NCBI GenBank assembly: GCA_963840035.1 | Contig: CAWIXE010000002.1 | Span: 352,001-416,000, forward strand | From: a candidate division FCPU426 bacterium | GTDB lineage: Bacteria; Oederibacteriota; PGYV01; Palsa-1178 | DNA length: 64,000 bases | Direction of reading: 5' to 3' | Part shown: positions 50,415 through 61,120 of the stretch, in pieces | Position numbering within the stretch: the stretch's first letter is position 1 | How the letters are laid out: the number at the start of each line of letters is the position of its first letter | Made by a program: the position numbers and the translations under genes | Notes under the pieces: generated by a model | Told to the model about the DNA's origin: nothing | What the model saw: the letters and a program-made list of their open reading frames with translations, nothing else | The model's database searches: none

Positions 50415-52577
50415 ATGTCTTCACTAATGATGGGTATTGAAACGGCTATGAGGTCTTTAAGGACGCACACAACCGCGATAAATACAGTGGGCCATAATAT
50501 TGCAAACATGAATAACGCGGACTATTCGAGGCAGCTTACCGGCATAGCGGCTACGATGCCTTTTTCACCGTCGGGATATGTCGGACAGATAGGCACCGGA
50601 TCGCAGGCGAACATGATTGAAAGGATCAGGAATACGTACCTCGACAAACAGATCAGGCTGTATGAGGAATACCTTGGCAAATGGTCGGTTATTGACCGTG
50701 TTAGTAATAATTTAAAGGCTGTTTTTCCTGAGGTGGACGGCGTCGTATCAGTCGGGCTTGAAAAAGATATCGAGGCTTTTTTTACTGCCTGGGATGATGT
50801 GGCTGCTCAGGCAAAACTTGCCGCCGCAGGGAGCCCCAATACCCTGAACGCTGCGAAAAGCAATGTTTATGAAGTTGCGGACAGCATGGCACAGTTATTA
50901 AATTCAAAAGCGCGAGACCTGACCAATATGCAGATTGACTTGAACAGCCAGGTAAGGCTGACCGTGCAGGACATAAACTCCCAGTTTAAGCAGATATATG
51001 AGCTTAACAAGCAGATAGTTCAAATCAGCGCGCTTAAACAGCAGCCAAACGACCTCCTCGACAAGAGGGACGCGGCGCTTGCGAAATTATCTGGCCTCGT
51101 GAATGTGAATATTGCTAACAGGAACGATGGTTCTGTGGTCGTGACCCTGGCAGGCTTTACGGTTGTCAATGGCGCTGATAATTACAGCGAACTGACAACG
51201 AAAGGCGGGGTTAAAGATTCAAAGCTTGAACAGATTGCCATAATGAACGCTGGCACCAAAAGCGTGGTAATTGAAAACAAATCCATAACCGGAGGCGAAC
51301 TTGCCGGGTTAATCCAGTCAAGGGATGAGACAATACAGGATTATATGATACAGCTGGATAATATAGCCAATACCATGATTACAGTGGTCAATACCTTTCA
51401 CAGGTCAGGCCAGGTCGGCGGAGTTTACAGGGATTTTTTTACAGGAAAAGACGCTTCAAGCATCGCGGTAAATAACCAGCTTGCTAACGGACAAAACGTG
51501 GCTCACTCAAGGTATGAAACATCTCCGTATTCTGGAGCCATACTTGATCCGGGTGATATCGCCGCTAGCCTGGGCGCGCTGGACAATAAATTAATCAACA
51601 ATTGGCTCGCGTCAACAAAACTGCAGGACTGGAATGGCCCATTTCCTCCGCCTCCGGCGACAAAGCCGCTTACATCAGGCAGTAAACTGGGGTTAACAGG
51701 AACGCTTACTATAAATAATAAAAATATTTTTTTTAACAGCAGCGATACCATAGCGGATCTTGTCCGGAAATTAAATGCCGACCCCAGTTCTTTTTCCGCT
51801 GTTTTTGACGAAACTACCTCCAGGCTGTATATAGTCGGTAATTCATTGATGACCGTGACTGACTCTACCTCCGGCGGACTTCTACTGAACCGTTTGAATT
51901 TGTACCAGGAGACTTTTAGCGCGTCAGAGGTACAATACACCGGTTCTATCAGGACTAACTTGCTTGTCTATACGAAGACATGGGACCAGCAGGCTAACGG
52001 CATGGATGTGGAAGCTACGGATAAAGGCACGGTAACGGTTACGTATAACGGAATTAGCAAAGATATTGATTGGAAAAACACGGAAAATTTCATTGATACT
52101 TATTATAAAATTGGCCAATTTAACGGGGCTTCAAATCCAAAACTTACAGAATACAGTTTTGATTCCGAGCCTATCTCGCTGCATCAAAAATTTGTATTCG
52201 GCACAAGCAATAACAGCGGCGCCGGCTCAAATACCATAGTTCCGTTCACCATAGCTGATAAGACAGGCAACCTGACCAGGTCCATGAAACTTGTAAGCAA
52301 CATGAGGTTCGGGGATTACTATAAAACCATCCTCGGAGGACTTTCAGGCGAAATCGCAAGTTCTGATACGATACTTGCCGAATACAAGGCCGCTCTGGAC
52401 CAGGTAAAAGGCATGCAGGAGGAAATTACAAAGGTGGACGAAAAGCAGGAACTTGCCCTGGCCAAACAGTATCAGAGGGCGTATGACGCCTCGGTAAGGC
52501 TCATGGCGGTAATAGACGAGATGTTAAATATGCTTATAAACAGGACAGCCACATCGTCCTCCAGCACAGCTGACTAA
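50415..52577 (+). CDS. flgK: Hook-associated protein FlgK
   Basis: GHNIAN....YSRQ, G.IGTG, NDLLDKRD, GGELAGL...RD, YQRAY.AS.R.M.VIDEML..LIN. Confidence 0.92.
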   Translation: MSSLMMGIETAMRSLRTHTTAINTVGHNIANMNNADYSRQLTGIAATMPFSPSGYVGQIGTGSQANMIERIRNTYLDKQIRLYEEYLGKWSVIDRVSNNLKAVFPEVDGVVSVGLEKDIEAFFTAWDDVAAQAKLAAAGSPNTLNAAKSNVYEVADSMAQLLNSKARDLTNMQIDLNSQVRLTVQDINSQFKQIYELNKQIVQISALKQQPNDLLDKRDAALAKLSGLVNVNIANRNDGSVVVTLAGFTVVNGADNYSELTTKGGVKDSKLEQIAIMNAGTKSVVIENKSITGGELAGLIQSRDETIQDYMIQLDNIANTMITVVNTFHRSGQVGGVYRDFFTGKDASSIAVNNQLANGQNVAHSRYETSPYSGAILDPGDIAASLGALDNKLINNWLASTKLQDWNGPFPPPPATKPLTSGSKLGLTGTLTINNKNIFFNSSDTIADLVRKLNADPSSFSAVFDETTSRLYIVGNSLMTVTDSTSGGLLLNRLNLYQETFSASEVQYTGSIRTNLLVYTKTWDQQANGMDVEATDKGTVTVTYNGISKDIDWKNTENFIDTYYKIGQFNGASNPKLTEYSFDSEPISLHQKFVFGTSNNSGAGSNTIVPFTIADKTGNLTRSMKLVSNMRFGDYYKTILGGLSGEIASSDTILAEYKAALDQVKGMQEEITKVDEKQELALAKQYQRAYDASVRLMAVIDEMLNMLINRTATSSSSTAD

Positions 52578-52593
52578 TTATCACTGAATTTGA

Positions 52594-52623
52594 AGGCCGG
52601 GCAGGATTTATGCCCGGCCTTTT
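52594..52623 (+). terminator. Rho-independent terminator after flgK
   Basis: AGGCCGGGCA-GGATTTA-TGCCCGGCCT-TTTT. Confidence 0.8.
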
Positions 52624-52727
52624 ATATTTAATGGCCGCTTATTAAATGCATTTACTTCAGGGATAAAAAATGATATAAGAAATTGAAGGCGGTAATATGG
52701 TGAAAAAACCTATCCAGCGGGGTATTA

Positions 52728-53732
52728 ATGACAAAAGATGATTCAGCTCGTGAAAACGGCGCGGATGGCATTTTAGACGCGTATTCAAAAGCGGTTATTT
52801 CCGTAAATAACAAGGTGGGGCCGACGGTGGTGCATATAATGGCCCGGTACGGCGAGGGCCGAGCAGGAATACCGAATAACGCGGCCGGAAAATGGGGCGA
52901 AGGCAGCGGCTCAGGCTTCATATTTACTCCTGACGGCTTTATCATGACCAATAGCCACGTAGTGCATATGGCGCAAAAGCTTGAGGTGATTCTTTCTGAC
53001 GGAAGAATTTATGAGGCGGAGATTACCGGAGACGATCCTGATACGGATATTGCCGTTATCAGGATCGCGGAATCCGGGCTGCCTGCCGCGAAAATGGGCG
53101 ATTCATCAAGGCTTAAAGTCGGCCAGCTCGTTGTGGCCATAGGAAACCCTTTCGGTTTCCATAGTTCGGTAACGTCAGGGGTCATCAGCGCTTTAGGCCG
53201 GTCTTTTCCATCCTATGGGGGAAGGGTGATGAGCAGCATGATACAAACTGACGCGGCTTTGAATCCGGGAAACTCAGGCGGGCCGCTGGTGGATTCAAAT
53301 GGCGAGGTGATCGGAGTAAACACAGCAATGATATTATACGCGCAGGGACTTTGCTTTGCGATTCCAAGCAATACGGCTTCATCGGCTGCGTATCTGCTTA
53401 TAAAAGAAGGGAAGATACGCAGGGCATACCTTGGCATAGGCGGACAGAATGTGCCGGTTCACCGCAGGGTGGTGAGGTTTTTTAACCTCCAGCATGAAAA
53501 TGGGGTTATGATCATATGGCTCGCTGACGGCAGCCCCGCAAAAAAAGCAGGGCTGTTGGAAGGCGACATAATAATATCCTTTAACGGTAATACTGTTAAT
53601 TCAATGGAAGACCTGTACGCGTACCTTACAGAGTCAGCAATCGGCCGTGATTCGGTACTGACGGTATTAAGGCGTACGGAAAAAATAGATATAATTGTGG
53701 TCCCTGATGAAGTATCCGGGGAACAAAAATAG
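52728..53732 (+). CDS. HtrA/DegP-like trypsin serine protease with one PDZ domain
   Basis: GSGSGFI, TNSHVV, DIAVI, IQTDAALNPGNSGGPL; no signal peptide seen. Confidence 0.93.
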   Translation: MTKDDSARENGADGILDAYSKAVISVNNKVGPTVVHIMARYGEGRAGIPNNAAGKWGEGSGSGFIFTPDGFIMTNSHVVHMAQKLEVILSDGRIYEAEITGDDPDTDIAVIRIAESGLPAAKMGDSSRLKVGQLVVAIGNPFGFHSSVTSGVISALGRSFPSYGGRVMSSMIQTDAALNPGNSGGPLVDSNGEVIGVNTAMILYAQGLCFAIPSNTASSAAYLLIKEGKIRRAYLGIGGQNVPVHRRVVRFFNLQHENGVMIIWLADGSPAKKAGLLEGDIIISFNGNTVNSMEDLYAYLTESAIGRDSVLTVLRRTEKIDIIVVPDEVSGEQK

Positions 53733-53874
53733 TACTGGTTAACACCTGATTGTCCGGCGGGTTTTATCCCTCAAATCCGCGGGGCTGCCCGTTCCATAAA
53801 TCCTTTTATAATTTTTAATTGTAAAAAGCGCGATTATGTATTATCATCATTAAAATAAATGACGGAAGGTTTAT

Positions 53875-55404
53875 ATGAATATAACAGGGGTTTTACTCAG
53901 TTTGTTTTCGGGAATACTGCTTTGTTTCAGTTTCCCCAATTTTATCGAGAACACGACCTCGGTTCATACATCGTTTTTTATGTGGTTTGCGTTTGTGCCT
54001 GTTTTTTATCTTGTATATAATACGAAAAGAATAATTGATGTATTAGCATACAGCCTGATAACAGGGCTTGTTTTTTACCTCGCGGGGTTATACTGGTTCT
54101 GTTATGTCGGGCCAATGGGCGTGTTTGCCTATGTGGCGTGGGCGGCGCTTTGCGTGTATTTCGCAGTGCTTTTCGCGGGTACAGCCGGGGCCGCTTTTAT
54201 ACTGAAACAGAAATTTGACCTGCCTTACCTGCTGACATTGCCGTCTCTTTTTACCTTTTCAGAGTTTGTAAGGGAATGGCTGTTTACCGGCTTCCCGAAC
54301 TTAACGCCTGCGCAGAGCCAGCACCAGTTCACTTTTATTTTACAGCTGTTAAAGATAACCGGCGTATACGGCCTGAATTTTATCATATACTTTATTAACG
54401 CGGCTATTGCTGCAGCCATTATCAGGGAAAGGGAAGAATTAAAGAAAGCCGGGACCGTATTATCTGCGGCAGTATTCATGATCCTGATAGTTTTGACTGT
54501 TGCCGTAAATATGAAAAAGGACACATTCAGCGGAGGCGTTTTAAAATGCGCCATATTGCAGGCAAATATTGACCAGAATGTAAAATGGGACGCGGCTTTC
54601 AGGATTAACACCTTAAGGGAATTCAGGCAGATGACACAGGAAGCCTCTGTCGTGAAACCAGACCTATATGTCTGGCCGGAAACGGGTTTCCCCGGGCAGA
54701 TAGGCGCAGATGAAAGGGCGCGTCTTGAAGTGTCGGGATGGTCAAAAGGAGCTTATAACCTTATGGGTTCTGACAGGGCTGATTTCTCGTCCGGCCATCC
54801 TAAATACTATAACAGCGTTTATTTAATATCGGGAAAGGATATACTGGGAATCTATTCAAAATACCACCTTGTGCCGTTCGGGGAATATATCCCATTTCAG
54901 GATGCAATACCTTTTGTAAACAAGGTTGTCCAGCGCTATGGATATATCGGTTTTTCCAGGGGCGTTGAGATAAAGCCAATAATGATGAATGCGTCTTACG
55001 GTTTCGGAAGCCTTATATGCTACGACAGTTTCTTCCCGGAAATATCAAGGGAATTTGCCAGAAAAGGCGCCGGATTCCTGACTAACCTTTCATATGAAAC
55101 ATGGTACGGCGTCTCACCGGCTTCAGCCCAGATATTTACCAACGCGCTGCTGCGGGCGGTTGAAAATGACCTGTATTTTGTGCGGTGTGTGGCGTCAGGT
55201 ATTTCAGGTGTGGCTGATAACAGGGGCAGGATACTTAAAACTACAAAACTTTTTACCAAGGATATACTTATCTGCGATATCAGGGTAAAAAACAGCAATG
55301 ACGCGTCCGGTTCCATGACTTTATACACGAAATACGGGGATTGGTTTCCATGGGCGGCTATATTCCTGCCGGCGGCCGTGTTAGCCATCCGGAGGAAGAA
55401 GTGA
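53875..55404 (+). CDS. lnt: Apolipoprotein N-acyltransferase
   Basis: TM N-terminus; QANIDQ..KW, WPET, K.HLVPFGEYIP, ICYD, RAVE, GD..W. Confidence 0.93.
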   Translation: MNITGVLLSLFSGILLCFSFPNFIENTTSVHTSFFMWFAFVPVFYLVYNTKRIIDVLAYSLITGLVFYLAGLYWFCYVGPMGVFAYVAWAALCVYFAVLFAGTAGAAFILKQKFDLPYLLTLPSLFTFSEFVREWLFTGFPNLTPAQSQHQFTFILQLLKITGVYGLNFIIYFINAAIAAAIIREREELKKAGTVLSAAVFMILIVLTVAVNMKKDTFSGGVLKCAILQANIDQNVKWDAAFRINTLREFRQMTQEASVVKPDLYVWPETGFPGQIGADERARLEVSGWSKGAYNLMGSDRADFSSGHPKYYNSVYLISGKDILGIYSKYHLVPFGEYIPFQDAIPFVNKVVQRYGYIGFSRGVEIKPIMMNASYGFGSLICYDSFFPEISREFARKGAGFLTNLSYETWYGVSPASAQIFTNALLRAVENDLYFVRCVASGISGVADNRGRILKTTKLFTKDILICDIRVKNSNDASGSMTLYTKYGDWFPWAAIFLPAAVLAIRRKK

Positions 55405-56141
55405 TTACGCTGATTGCCGACATAGACGGCACAATGCTGGGGGATTCTTCCGGGTTAGCGGCGCTGAATAAATACCTTAAAACAATAAAAGAACAATTGC
55501 AGCTTGTTTACGCTACAGGCAGGAATATAATTGAGTTTAATGACGCCATTACAAGGGAGGGGCTGCTTTATCCTGATGCGGCAGTCCTGTGCACCGGCGC
55601 TGAAATTTACATGAAAAAAGATGGAAAGCTGGTAAAAGATTCAAAATGGCCGGAGATCATAGGCGCTTTAAGCTGGGAGCCTGAAAAGATACGCGGGCTT
55701 CTTTCCGCGGTTCAGGGATTAAGTCCGCAGGCCGGGTTAAGCGAGTATAAGATATCATATTTTATAAGCATGGCAGGGCAGGATGAAATACGCAGCCGCG
55801 TTGCCTCATTATTCAGTGATAACGGGGTAAAGGCGAAGATAATAGCCAGCCACGGTTTTTACCTTGATATACTGCCGGAAAAATGCGATAAAGGCGAGGC
55901 TGCCGCCTATCTAATGGAAAAACTTGGCAATGAAAAGGCAGACTGCGTTGTGGCCGGTGACAGCGAAAATGACGCGGATCTGTTCCATAAGTTCGCGAAT
56001 GGGATTGTGGTTGGCAACGCGCATCAGGGTTTAAAGGATATGATAGACGGCATGGGCCATTATCAGGCTCGCGCTGGCTGCGCTGACGGGGTCCTTGAAG
56101 GGCTGAAATACTATATTGACAAAGGAGTGCTGAAATTTTGA
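55401..56141 (+). CDS. HAD-IIB hydrolase, sucrose-phosphatase-like
   Basis: ADIDGT, YATGR, LDILP...DKG.A, AGDSEND, VVGNA; GGAGG before GTG 55401. Confidence 0.85.
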   Translation: MITLIADIDGTMLGDSSGLAALNKYLKTIKEQLQLVYATGRNIIEFNDAITREGLLYPDAAVLCTGAEIYMKKDGKLVKDSKWPEIIGALSWEPEKIRGLLSAVQGLSPQAGLSEYKISYFISMAGQDEIRSRVASLFSDNGVKAKIIASHGFYLDILPEKCDKGEAAAYLMEKLGNEKADCVVAGDSENDADLFHKFANGIVVGNAHQGLKDMIDGMGHYQARAGCADGVLEGLKYYIDKGVLKF

Positions 56142-56917
56142 AAAAGAAATATTACATTCTTATATCAAATGACGACGGGTTAAGGTCCTCGGGGATTAAA
56201 GCGCTGTATGACGCTGTAAAGGATATAGCTGATGTCATAATTGCCGCGCCTGACAGGGAAAGAAGCGGGGCGGCCCACTCAATATCTGTTGTTAAACCGG
56301 TCAAGGTAAAAAAGGCGGTTTTTCACGGAGCACATGCTTTTGCTGTGTCCGGCACGCCGGCAGATTGCGCGAAAATCGGCATTTTAAACCTGGCTGTAAG
56401 AAAACCTGACCTTGTGCTCTCAGGTATAAACCATGGCCCGAATATGGCTCAGTTTATACTCTATTCCGGTACAATTGGCGCCGCGGCCGAAGCTGCCATG
56501 ATGGGGATACCGGCAATAGCTTTTTCAATAGATTCCTATAAACCGCAGGATTTTTCATTTGCCGTTAAGTATATAAGGCAGGTTGCCTTAAGCGCGCTGC
56601 AGGGAAAAATAAGGATGAAAAGCCACACGCTGCTTAATATAAACCTTCCGGACAAGCCCGAAGAAGTAATTTCCGGAGTTAAGATACTTCCCAGGGGGCT
56701 GATGGAGTATGAAGAAAAGTATATAAGGAAGTCCGGCAGTGAAAAAAATGGCTGGTATTACTGGCACATAATAGGAAAGAAAGAATCCAGGAAAAAGGAC
56801 AGGACAGACGCGGACGCATTGGAAAACGGTTTTATAACGGTGACCCCGCTTAATTTTGATTTAAATGACAGAAAGGCCATAAAAGGTTTAAACAGGCTGC
56901 ATTTCGGAAAAAAATAA
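56138..56917 (+). CDS. surE: 5'/3'-nucleotidase SurE
   Basis: ISNDDG, APDRERSG, GTPADC, SGINHGPN, YSGT..AA.E. Confidence 0.95.
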   Translation: MKKKYYILISNDDGLRSSGIKALYDAVKDIADVIIAAPDRERSGAAHSISVVKPVKVKKAVFHGAHAFAVSGTPADCAKIGILNLAVRKPDLVLSGINHGPNMAQFILYSGTIGAAAEAAMMGIPAIAFSIDSYKPQDFSFAVKYIRQVALSALQGKIRMKSHTLLNINLPDKPEEVISGVKILPRGLMEYEEKYIRKSGSEKNGWYYWHIIGKKESRKKDRTDADALENGFITVTPLNFDLNDRKAIKGLNRLHFGKK

Positions 56918-56941
56918 GGGGGCGTTTGCCGCCCCCGGTTT
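56918..56941. terminator. Terminator between convergent genes
   Basis: GGGGGCG-TTTGC-CGCCCCC hairpin. Confidence 0.6.
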
Positions 56942-56951
56942 ATTCGATTGA

Positions 56952-57431
56952 TTATTTTTCTTTTGTGTTTTTCATAATCTTTTTTCCGAGCTTGCGTTTG
57001 TGTTTCTCAAGTTCGGTCAAAAGTTTTTTGAACTGTTCGGGGGTTAGAATTTCCTTTACCTTGAACATCTCTTCAGTCCGTAATTTCATGAGTTTCTTCT
57101 GATCATCCGAGATTTTATCGGTCAATGAGTTGATTTTTGACCTATCCGATGTGTCTTTCTTAATCTCGTCCTGAATGTCCCACAGACTTGTTTTGATTTC
57201 GTTCCTTAAGGCGAAAATTTCCCTTTTGGAGGCGTCTCGCATCTGTGTGAGTTTCTGTTCCTCTTCGGTGGTAAGTTTAAGTTCGTCTATTACTTTAAAG
57301 ATGCCTTCGCCCATGGCAGGGCCGAAACCTTCGTCGCCGTCCGGTCCGGCTGGGCCGGGCTGCGGTTCTGCCAGCACAAAAGCCGAGGCGGTAAGCATGA
57401 GTACAATTGCGAAAACTAATGCTTTTTTCAT
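56952..57431 (-). CDS. Spy/CpxP-family periplasmic protein
   Basis: AGGAGG RBS; signal peptide; LKLTTEEEQKL and ILTPEQ (LTxxQ) motifs. Confidence 0.85.
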   Translation of the reverse strand: MKKALVFAIVLMLTASAFVLAEPQPGPAGPDGDEGFGPAMGEGIFKVIDELKLTTEEEQKLTQMRDASKREIFALRNEIKTSLWDIQDEIKKDTSDRSKINSLTDKISDDQKKLMKLRTEEMFKVKEILTPEQFKKLLTELEKHKRKLGKKIMKNTKEK

Positions 57432-57444
57432 AAAGTCTCCTCCT

Positions 57445-57891
57445 TTATAATTCGTTTTGTGTAATATCCGCTTCTTCATCATTTACAAGATAAACAGGGT
57501 AATCCTGCTCCTGAATTTCATAAGAGTCGCTGTCCATAACGCTGTATGAGTCGTATATGTGGCGCCCCATGTTATGGTGCGCGTCGGTTATTGTAATGAA
57601 GTTATAGGTAAAAATACCGGCAATCAGCATAAAGCCGGCGGCAAAGGCAAGTACAGGCCTTAAATTTTTCAAAAAAACCGGCCTGTAAAGCCCGCGAAGG
57701 TTATTAATAACCCTGGACGGCGTGTTGATTAGGCCTGCAGAAAACAGTTTTTTTATATCTTTTATGGAGTCAAATTCAGAGTTGCATACTTCACAGCCGC
57801 TAAGGTGGGATTCAAGTCCGGCCTTTTCAGAAGGGGATACTTCACCTTTTGTATAGTCATAGAACAAGGGTCTTGCTGTTTTACAGTTCAT
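57445..57891 (-). CDS. Zinc-finger (zf-HC2) anti-sigma factor
   Basis: MNC...HLSGCEVC followed by one TM helix. Confidence 0.85.
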   Translation of the reverse strand: MNCKTARPLFYDYTKGEVSPSEKAGLESHLSGCEVCNSEFDSIKDIKKLFSAGLINTPSRVINNLRGLYRPVFLKNLRPVLAFAAGFMLIAGIFTYNFITITDAHHNMGRHIYDSYSVMDSDSYEIQEQDYPVYLVNDEEADITQNEL

Positions 57892-58361
57892 GTTTTAGCC
57901 TCCTTTGCGGCAATTTCTTTGAGTTTTGTCATGGCCCGGTTTATCCGCGATTTTACCGTGCCGATATTTATTTCTAGTATTTCTGATATTTCCTTGTATG
58001 AAAAACCGCCGATTTCAGAGAGCATTACCGGGACCTTTAAGTCCGTGTTGATCCTGTCTAAAAGCGAGTGCAGCAGGGAGTGATCCTTATTTTCCACTGA
58101 TTCTTCGGGTTTTATCTCATCAAGCTTCCTGCTGTGCAGGGACTGGGAACGCATGTAGTCAATGGACCTGTTTACTGCCATCCTGTACAGGTAGGTCCTT
58201 ATGTCTGACCGGCCTTTAAAAGAGTCGATACTGTCGAAAAGCTTAATGAATACGTTCTGCATGACATCTTCGGCTTCGGGCCTGCTGCGCAATATCCCTA
58301 AGGCCACATTATATACGTATTTTGAGTGTTCCCTATAGAGCTTTTCAAACCTTGAATCCAT
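57888..58361 (-). CDS. ECF RNA polymerase sigma factor
   Basis: EAEDVMQNVF, TYLYRMAVN, SYKEISEIL...GTVKSRINRA. Confidence 0.93.
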   Translation of the reverse strand: MDSRFEKLYREHSKYVYNVALGILRSRPEAEDVMQNVFIKLFDSIDSFKGRSDIRTYLYRMAVNRSIDYMRSQSLHSRKLDEIKPEESVENKDHSLLHSLLDRINTDLKVPVMLSEIGGFSYKEISEILEINIGTVKSRINRAMTKLKEIAAKEAKT

Positions 58362-58390
58362 CGCGCATTGTCTCCTTGGTTTTCAATGAT

Positions 58391-58418
58391 TAGACGAGCG
58401 TAACCTTTAAGTTGTTCC
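58391..58418 (-). promoter_or_regulatory. Probable autoregulatory ECF promoter GGAAC-N17-CGTCTA
   Basis: Canonical AAC/CGT ECF motifs 30 nt upstream of the sigma start. Confidence 0.65.
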
Positions 58419-58613
58419 ATAAGTATAGCATGAAAAACAGCGGGGAATATAGCATTAGTTATAAACAATAAGCCGGAAGTAGCGCGCGAAATAAGCGTCA
58501 TATATGCATGTTCATATTGTGTTTCTGGCAGGATATTTGCTGTTTGACGGCAGCCCTAATATTTCCTGAGTATATCAATTGTCAATTGGTTGTTTATGTG
58601 ATAAAATTTTATC

Positions 58614-58979
58614 ATGATAAAAGGCATAGGAATAGATATATGCGACATTAAAAGGCTTAAAAACGCCATTACGGGCAATAAAAGGTTTTTGAAGCGCGTT
58701 TACAGCGAGAGGGAAATAAAATACTGTTCCGCGAAAAAGCATTCGATACTTAACTACGCCGGCAGGTTTGCGGTAAAAGAGGCTTTTATTAAAGCGGTGT
58801 CGTTTGATAAGACGATAAGTTTAAACGAAATTGAGGTCTTAAATAACAGCCACGGAAAGCCTGAGATCGTGCTTAATGCGAAAGTCAGGTCGCTGATGAA
58901 AAAGAAAAAAGGCACAGGGCTGAACATAAGCATCTCACATACCCATGACGCGGCGGCGGCGGTGTGTGTAATAACATAG
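58614..58979 (+). CDS. acpS: Holo-ACP synthase
   Basis: GIGIDI, AGRFAVKEAFIKA, GKP, SISHT. Confidence 0.95.
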   Translation: MIKGIGIDICDIKRLKNAITGNKRFLKRVYSEREIKYCSAKKHSILNYAGRFAVKEAFIKAVSFDKTISLNEIEVLNNSHGKPEIVLNAKVRSLMKKKKGTGLNISISHTHDAAAAVCVIT

Positions 58980-58982
58980 AAC

Positions 58983-59082
58983 AATTTTAAATTTTCGATT
59001 TTCAATTTTCGATTACATGTATGCCGGGACGGTATTATGGCATGGTTTTTAATTGAAAATTCAGAATTGAAAATTGAAAATT
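58983..59082. repeat. Inverted heptamer-array hairpin, AATTTTC/GAAAATT type
   Basis: 4-5 units per arm with a ~34-nt spacer; spans stop codon to RBS. Confidence 0.85.
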
Positions 59083-59098
59083 TATTGGAGGTTTTATA

Positions 59099-60646
59099 AT
59101 GTACCTTGTCACCGCTTCTGAAATGAAGGAGATCGAAAAAACCACAATAGACCGCTATAAGGTGCCTTCGCTGCTTCTTATGGAAAGCGCGGGTATGAAC
59201 GTAGTTACGGCTTTAAAGCAGGAATTCGGGGCGTTATACATGCGTACTATAAATGTTTTCTGCGGCGGGGGGAACAACGGCGGCGACGGCTTCGTTATAG
59301 CCAGGCATTTAAAAGGCGAAGGCGCCAATGTCAGGATATTTTTTACGGGCGAATTCGGGGGGCTTACACCAGAGTCAAAAGTGAATTATGAATCGGCCCT
59401 GCGTTACGGCGTGGAAATAATACACATGAAAGCTGTAGAAGAGCTCCGTAAATATGAGGGGATTGTAAACAACTGCGATATCGTAATTGACGCTCTTATA
59501 GGGACAGGATTAAAACGCGACATTGACGGTTTTCTCGCCAGGCTTATTGTATACATAAACATGATGGGGAAATACGCCGTAGCCGTGGATTCTCCGTCAG
59601 GCGTTGATATCGATACCGGAGATATAAAAGGTGTAGCCATATACGCAAACCTGACAGTTACATTCGGGCTGCCAAAACTTGGATTATCTATTTATCCGGG
59701 GCTTGAGTATACGGGAAAACTTGTCGTAGCGGATATTAACTTTCCGCAGGAACTCCTCGTAAAACCGAGGCAGCATGTCTTAATTACCCGTGAAATAGCC
59801 GCAGGCATGCTTCCATACAGGAATCCGAACGCCAACAAAGGCAGTTTTGGCCCGGTGCTTATTATCGGAGGGTCAATAGGCATGACCGGCGCTGTGTCGC
59901 TTGCCGCTAAAGCCGCTTTGAAAACTGGGGCGGGAATAGTGATTGCGGCGGTGCCTGAAAGCCTATCCGCGACAATTAAAGCCGGGTCGGACGAGGTTAT
60001 TACCGCGGGGTTAAAGGAGAATAAAGAAGGATTTATAAGCGAAGGGGCCTTCAGCCAGATTATGGAAATAGCTGAGAGGGCAAAAGTTGTGGCCATTGGG
60101 CCGGGAATAGGGCGTAATAAAGATACTCAGGCACTTATACGGAAGCTGATAAAAGAGATAAAAAAGCCCTTGGTTATCGATGCGGACGCCATAAACGCGC
60201 TTTCGGATGATAAAACATGCTTGAAAAATATGGACAAAGATGTTATACTCACTCCACATATCGGTGAGATGTCCCGATTGACAGGAATAAAGATTGAGGA
60301 TATAATTAAGGACAAAATCGGCGTATTAAAGGGTTTTGCCGGTGAATATAAAGTAAATGTGCTCTTAAAAGACGGCAGGTCCGTTTTAATGGACACCGAC
60401 AGGAATATTTACGTGAATACCACCGGAAACAACGGCATGGCCACACCCGGGACCGGAGATGTGCTTACAGGCATGACTGCGGCAATAATCGCGCACAGCG
60501 TGCCTTCGGCTCAGGCCGGAATAATTTCAGCGTACATACACGGCCTTGCCGGGGACATGCTCCTGGATGAAATGAGCGAAGAAGGAATTACGGCAGGCGA
60601 TGTTGTGTTAAACGTGCCAAAAGCCATAAAGGCACTTAAAAAATAG
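59099..60646 (+). CDS. nnr: Bifunctional NAD(P)HX epimerase/dehydratase
   Basis: LMESAG, GNNGGDG, DAL.GTG, AVD.PSG, NKG.FG, IGPGIG, DADA, LTPH.GEM, GTGDVL.G. Confidence 0.93.
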   Translation: MYLVTASEMKEIEKTTIDRYKVPSLLLMESAGMNVVTALKQEFGALYMRTINVFCGGGNNGGDGFVIARHLKGEGANVRIFFTGEFGGLTPESKVNYESALRYGVEIIHMKAVEELRKYEGIVNNCDIVIDALIGTGLKRDIDGFLARLIVYINMMGKYAVAVDSPSGVDIDTGDIKGVAIYANLTVTFGLPKLGLSIYPGLEYTGKLVVADINFPQELLVKPRQHVLITREIAAGMLPYRNPNANKGSFGPVLIIGGSIGMTGAVSLAAKAALKTGAGIVIAAVPESLSATIKAGSDEVITAGLKENKEGFISEGAFSQIMEIAERAKVVAIGPGIGRNKDTQALIRKLIKEIKKPLVIDADAINALSDDKTCLKNMDKDVILTPHIGEMSRLTGIKIEDIIKDKIGVLKGFAGEYKVNVLLKDGRSVLMDTDRNIYVNTTGNNGMATPGTGDVLTGMTAAIIAHSVPSAQAGIISAYIHGLAGDMLLDEMSEEGITAGDVVLNVPKAIKALKK

Positions 60647-60655
60647 GAGGCTCAA

Positions 60656-61120
60656 ATGATAGTACCGATATTTCTAATTCTGATTTCTCTCCTGTTCCTC
60701 ATCATGTGGGGATGGATAATAATGATATTCATGGACAATTTCAGGATAAAACGCAAGATAGAGGAACTCATAAACCAGCCGCTTACAGTTGAGCAGAAGG
60801 AAGAACTCGACAACCTTCAGCTGGACCTTGATACAAACGCGTACAGGGCTAGGAACTCAAAGAGGGTGGTACTGTTTTTTGGATTCCTTTACGTGGTATG
60901 CGCCGTGGGGCTTATCTGGCTGAACAGCAAATATAATTTCTTTACATATGACGGGCTGCTTTCAAACCTTAAATTGACCATGCTTATTACGGTTCTTTTC
61001 TTTACGCCCGGTTATATCGGGCTGGAAGTTATCAGCAATACCGAGGGCGCATCAGGGGACATTTCCGCAAGGCTGAAATTCAGCGAAGAGTTAAAACCTG
61101 GAGAAGAAGTTGAAGTTTAG
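60656..61120 (+). CDS. Hypothetical membrane protein (3 TM)
   Basis: AGGAGG RBS; hydrophobic segments. Confidence 0.7.
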   Translation: MIVPIFLILISLLFLIMWGWIIMIFMDNFRIKRKIEELINQPLTVEQKEELDNLQLDLDTNAYRARNSKRVVLFFGFLYVVCAVGLIWLNSKYNFFTYDGLLSNLKLTMLITVLFFTPGYIGLEVISNTEGASGDISARLKFSEELKPGEEVEV

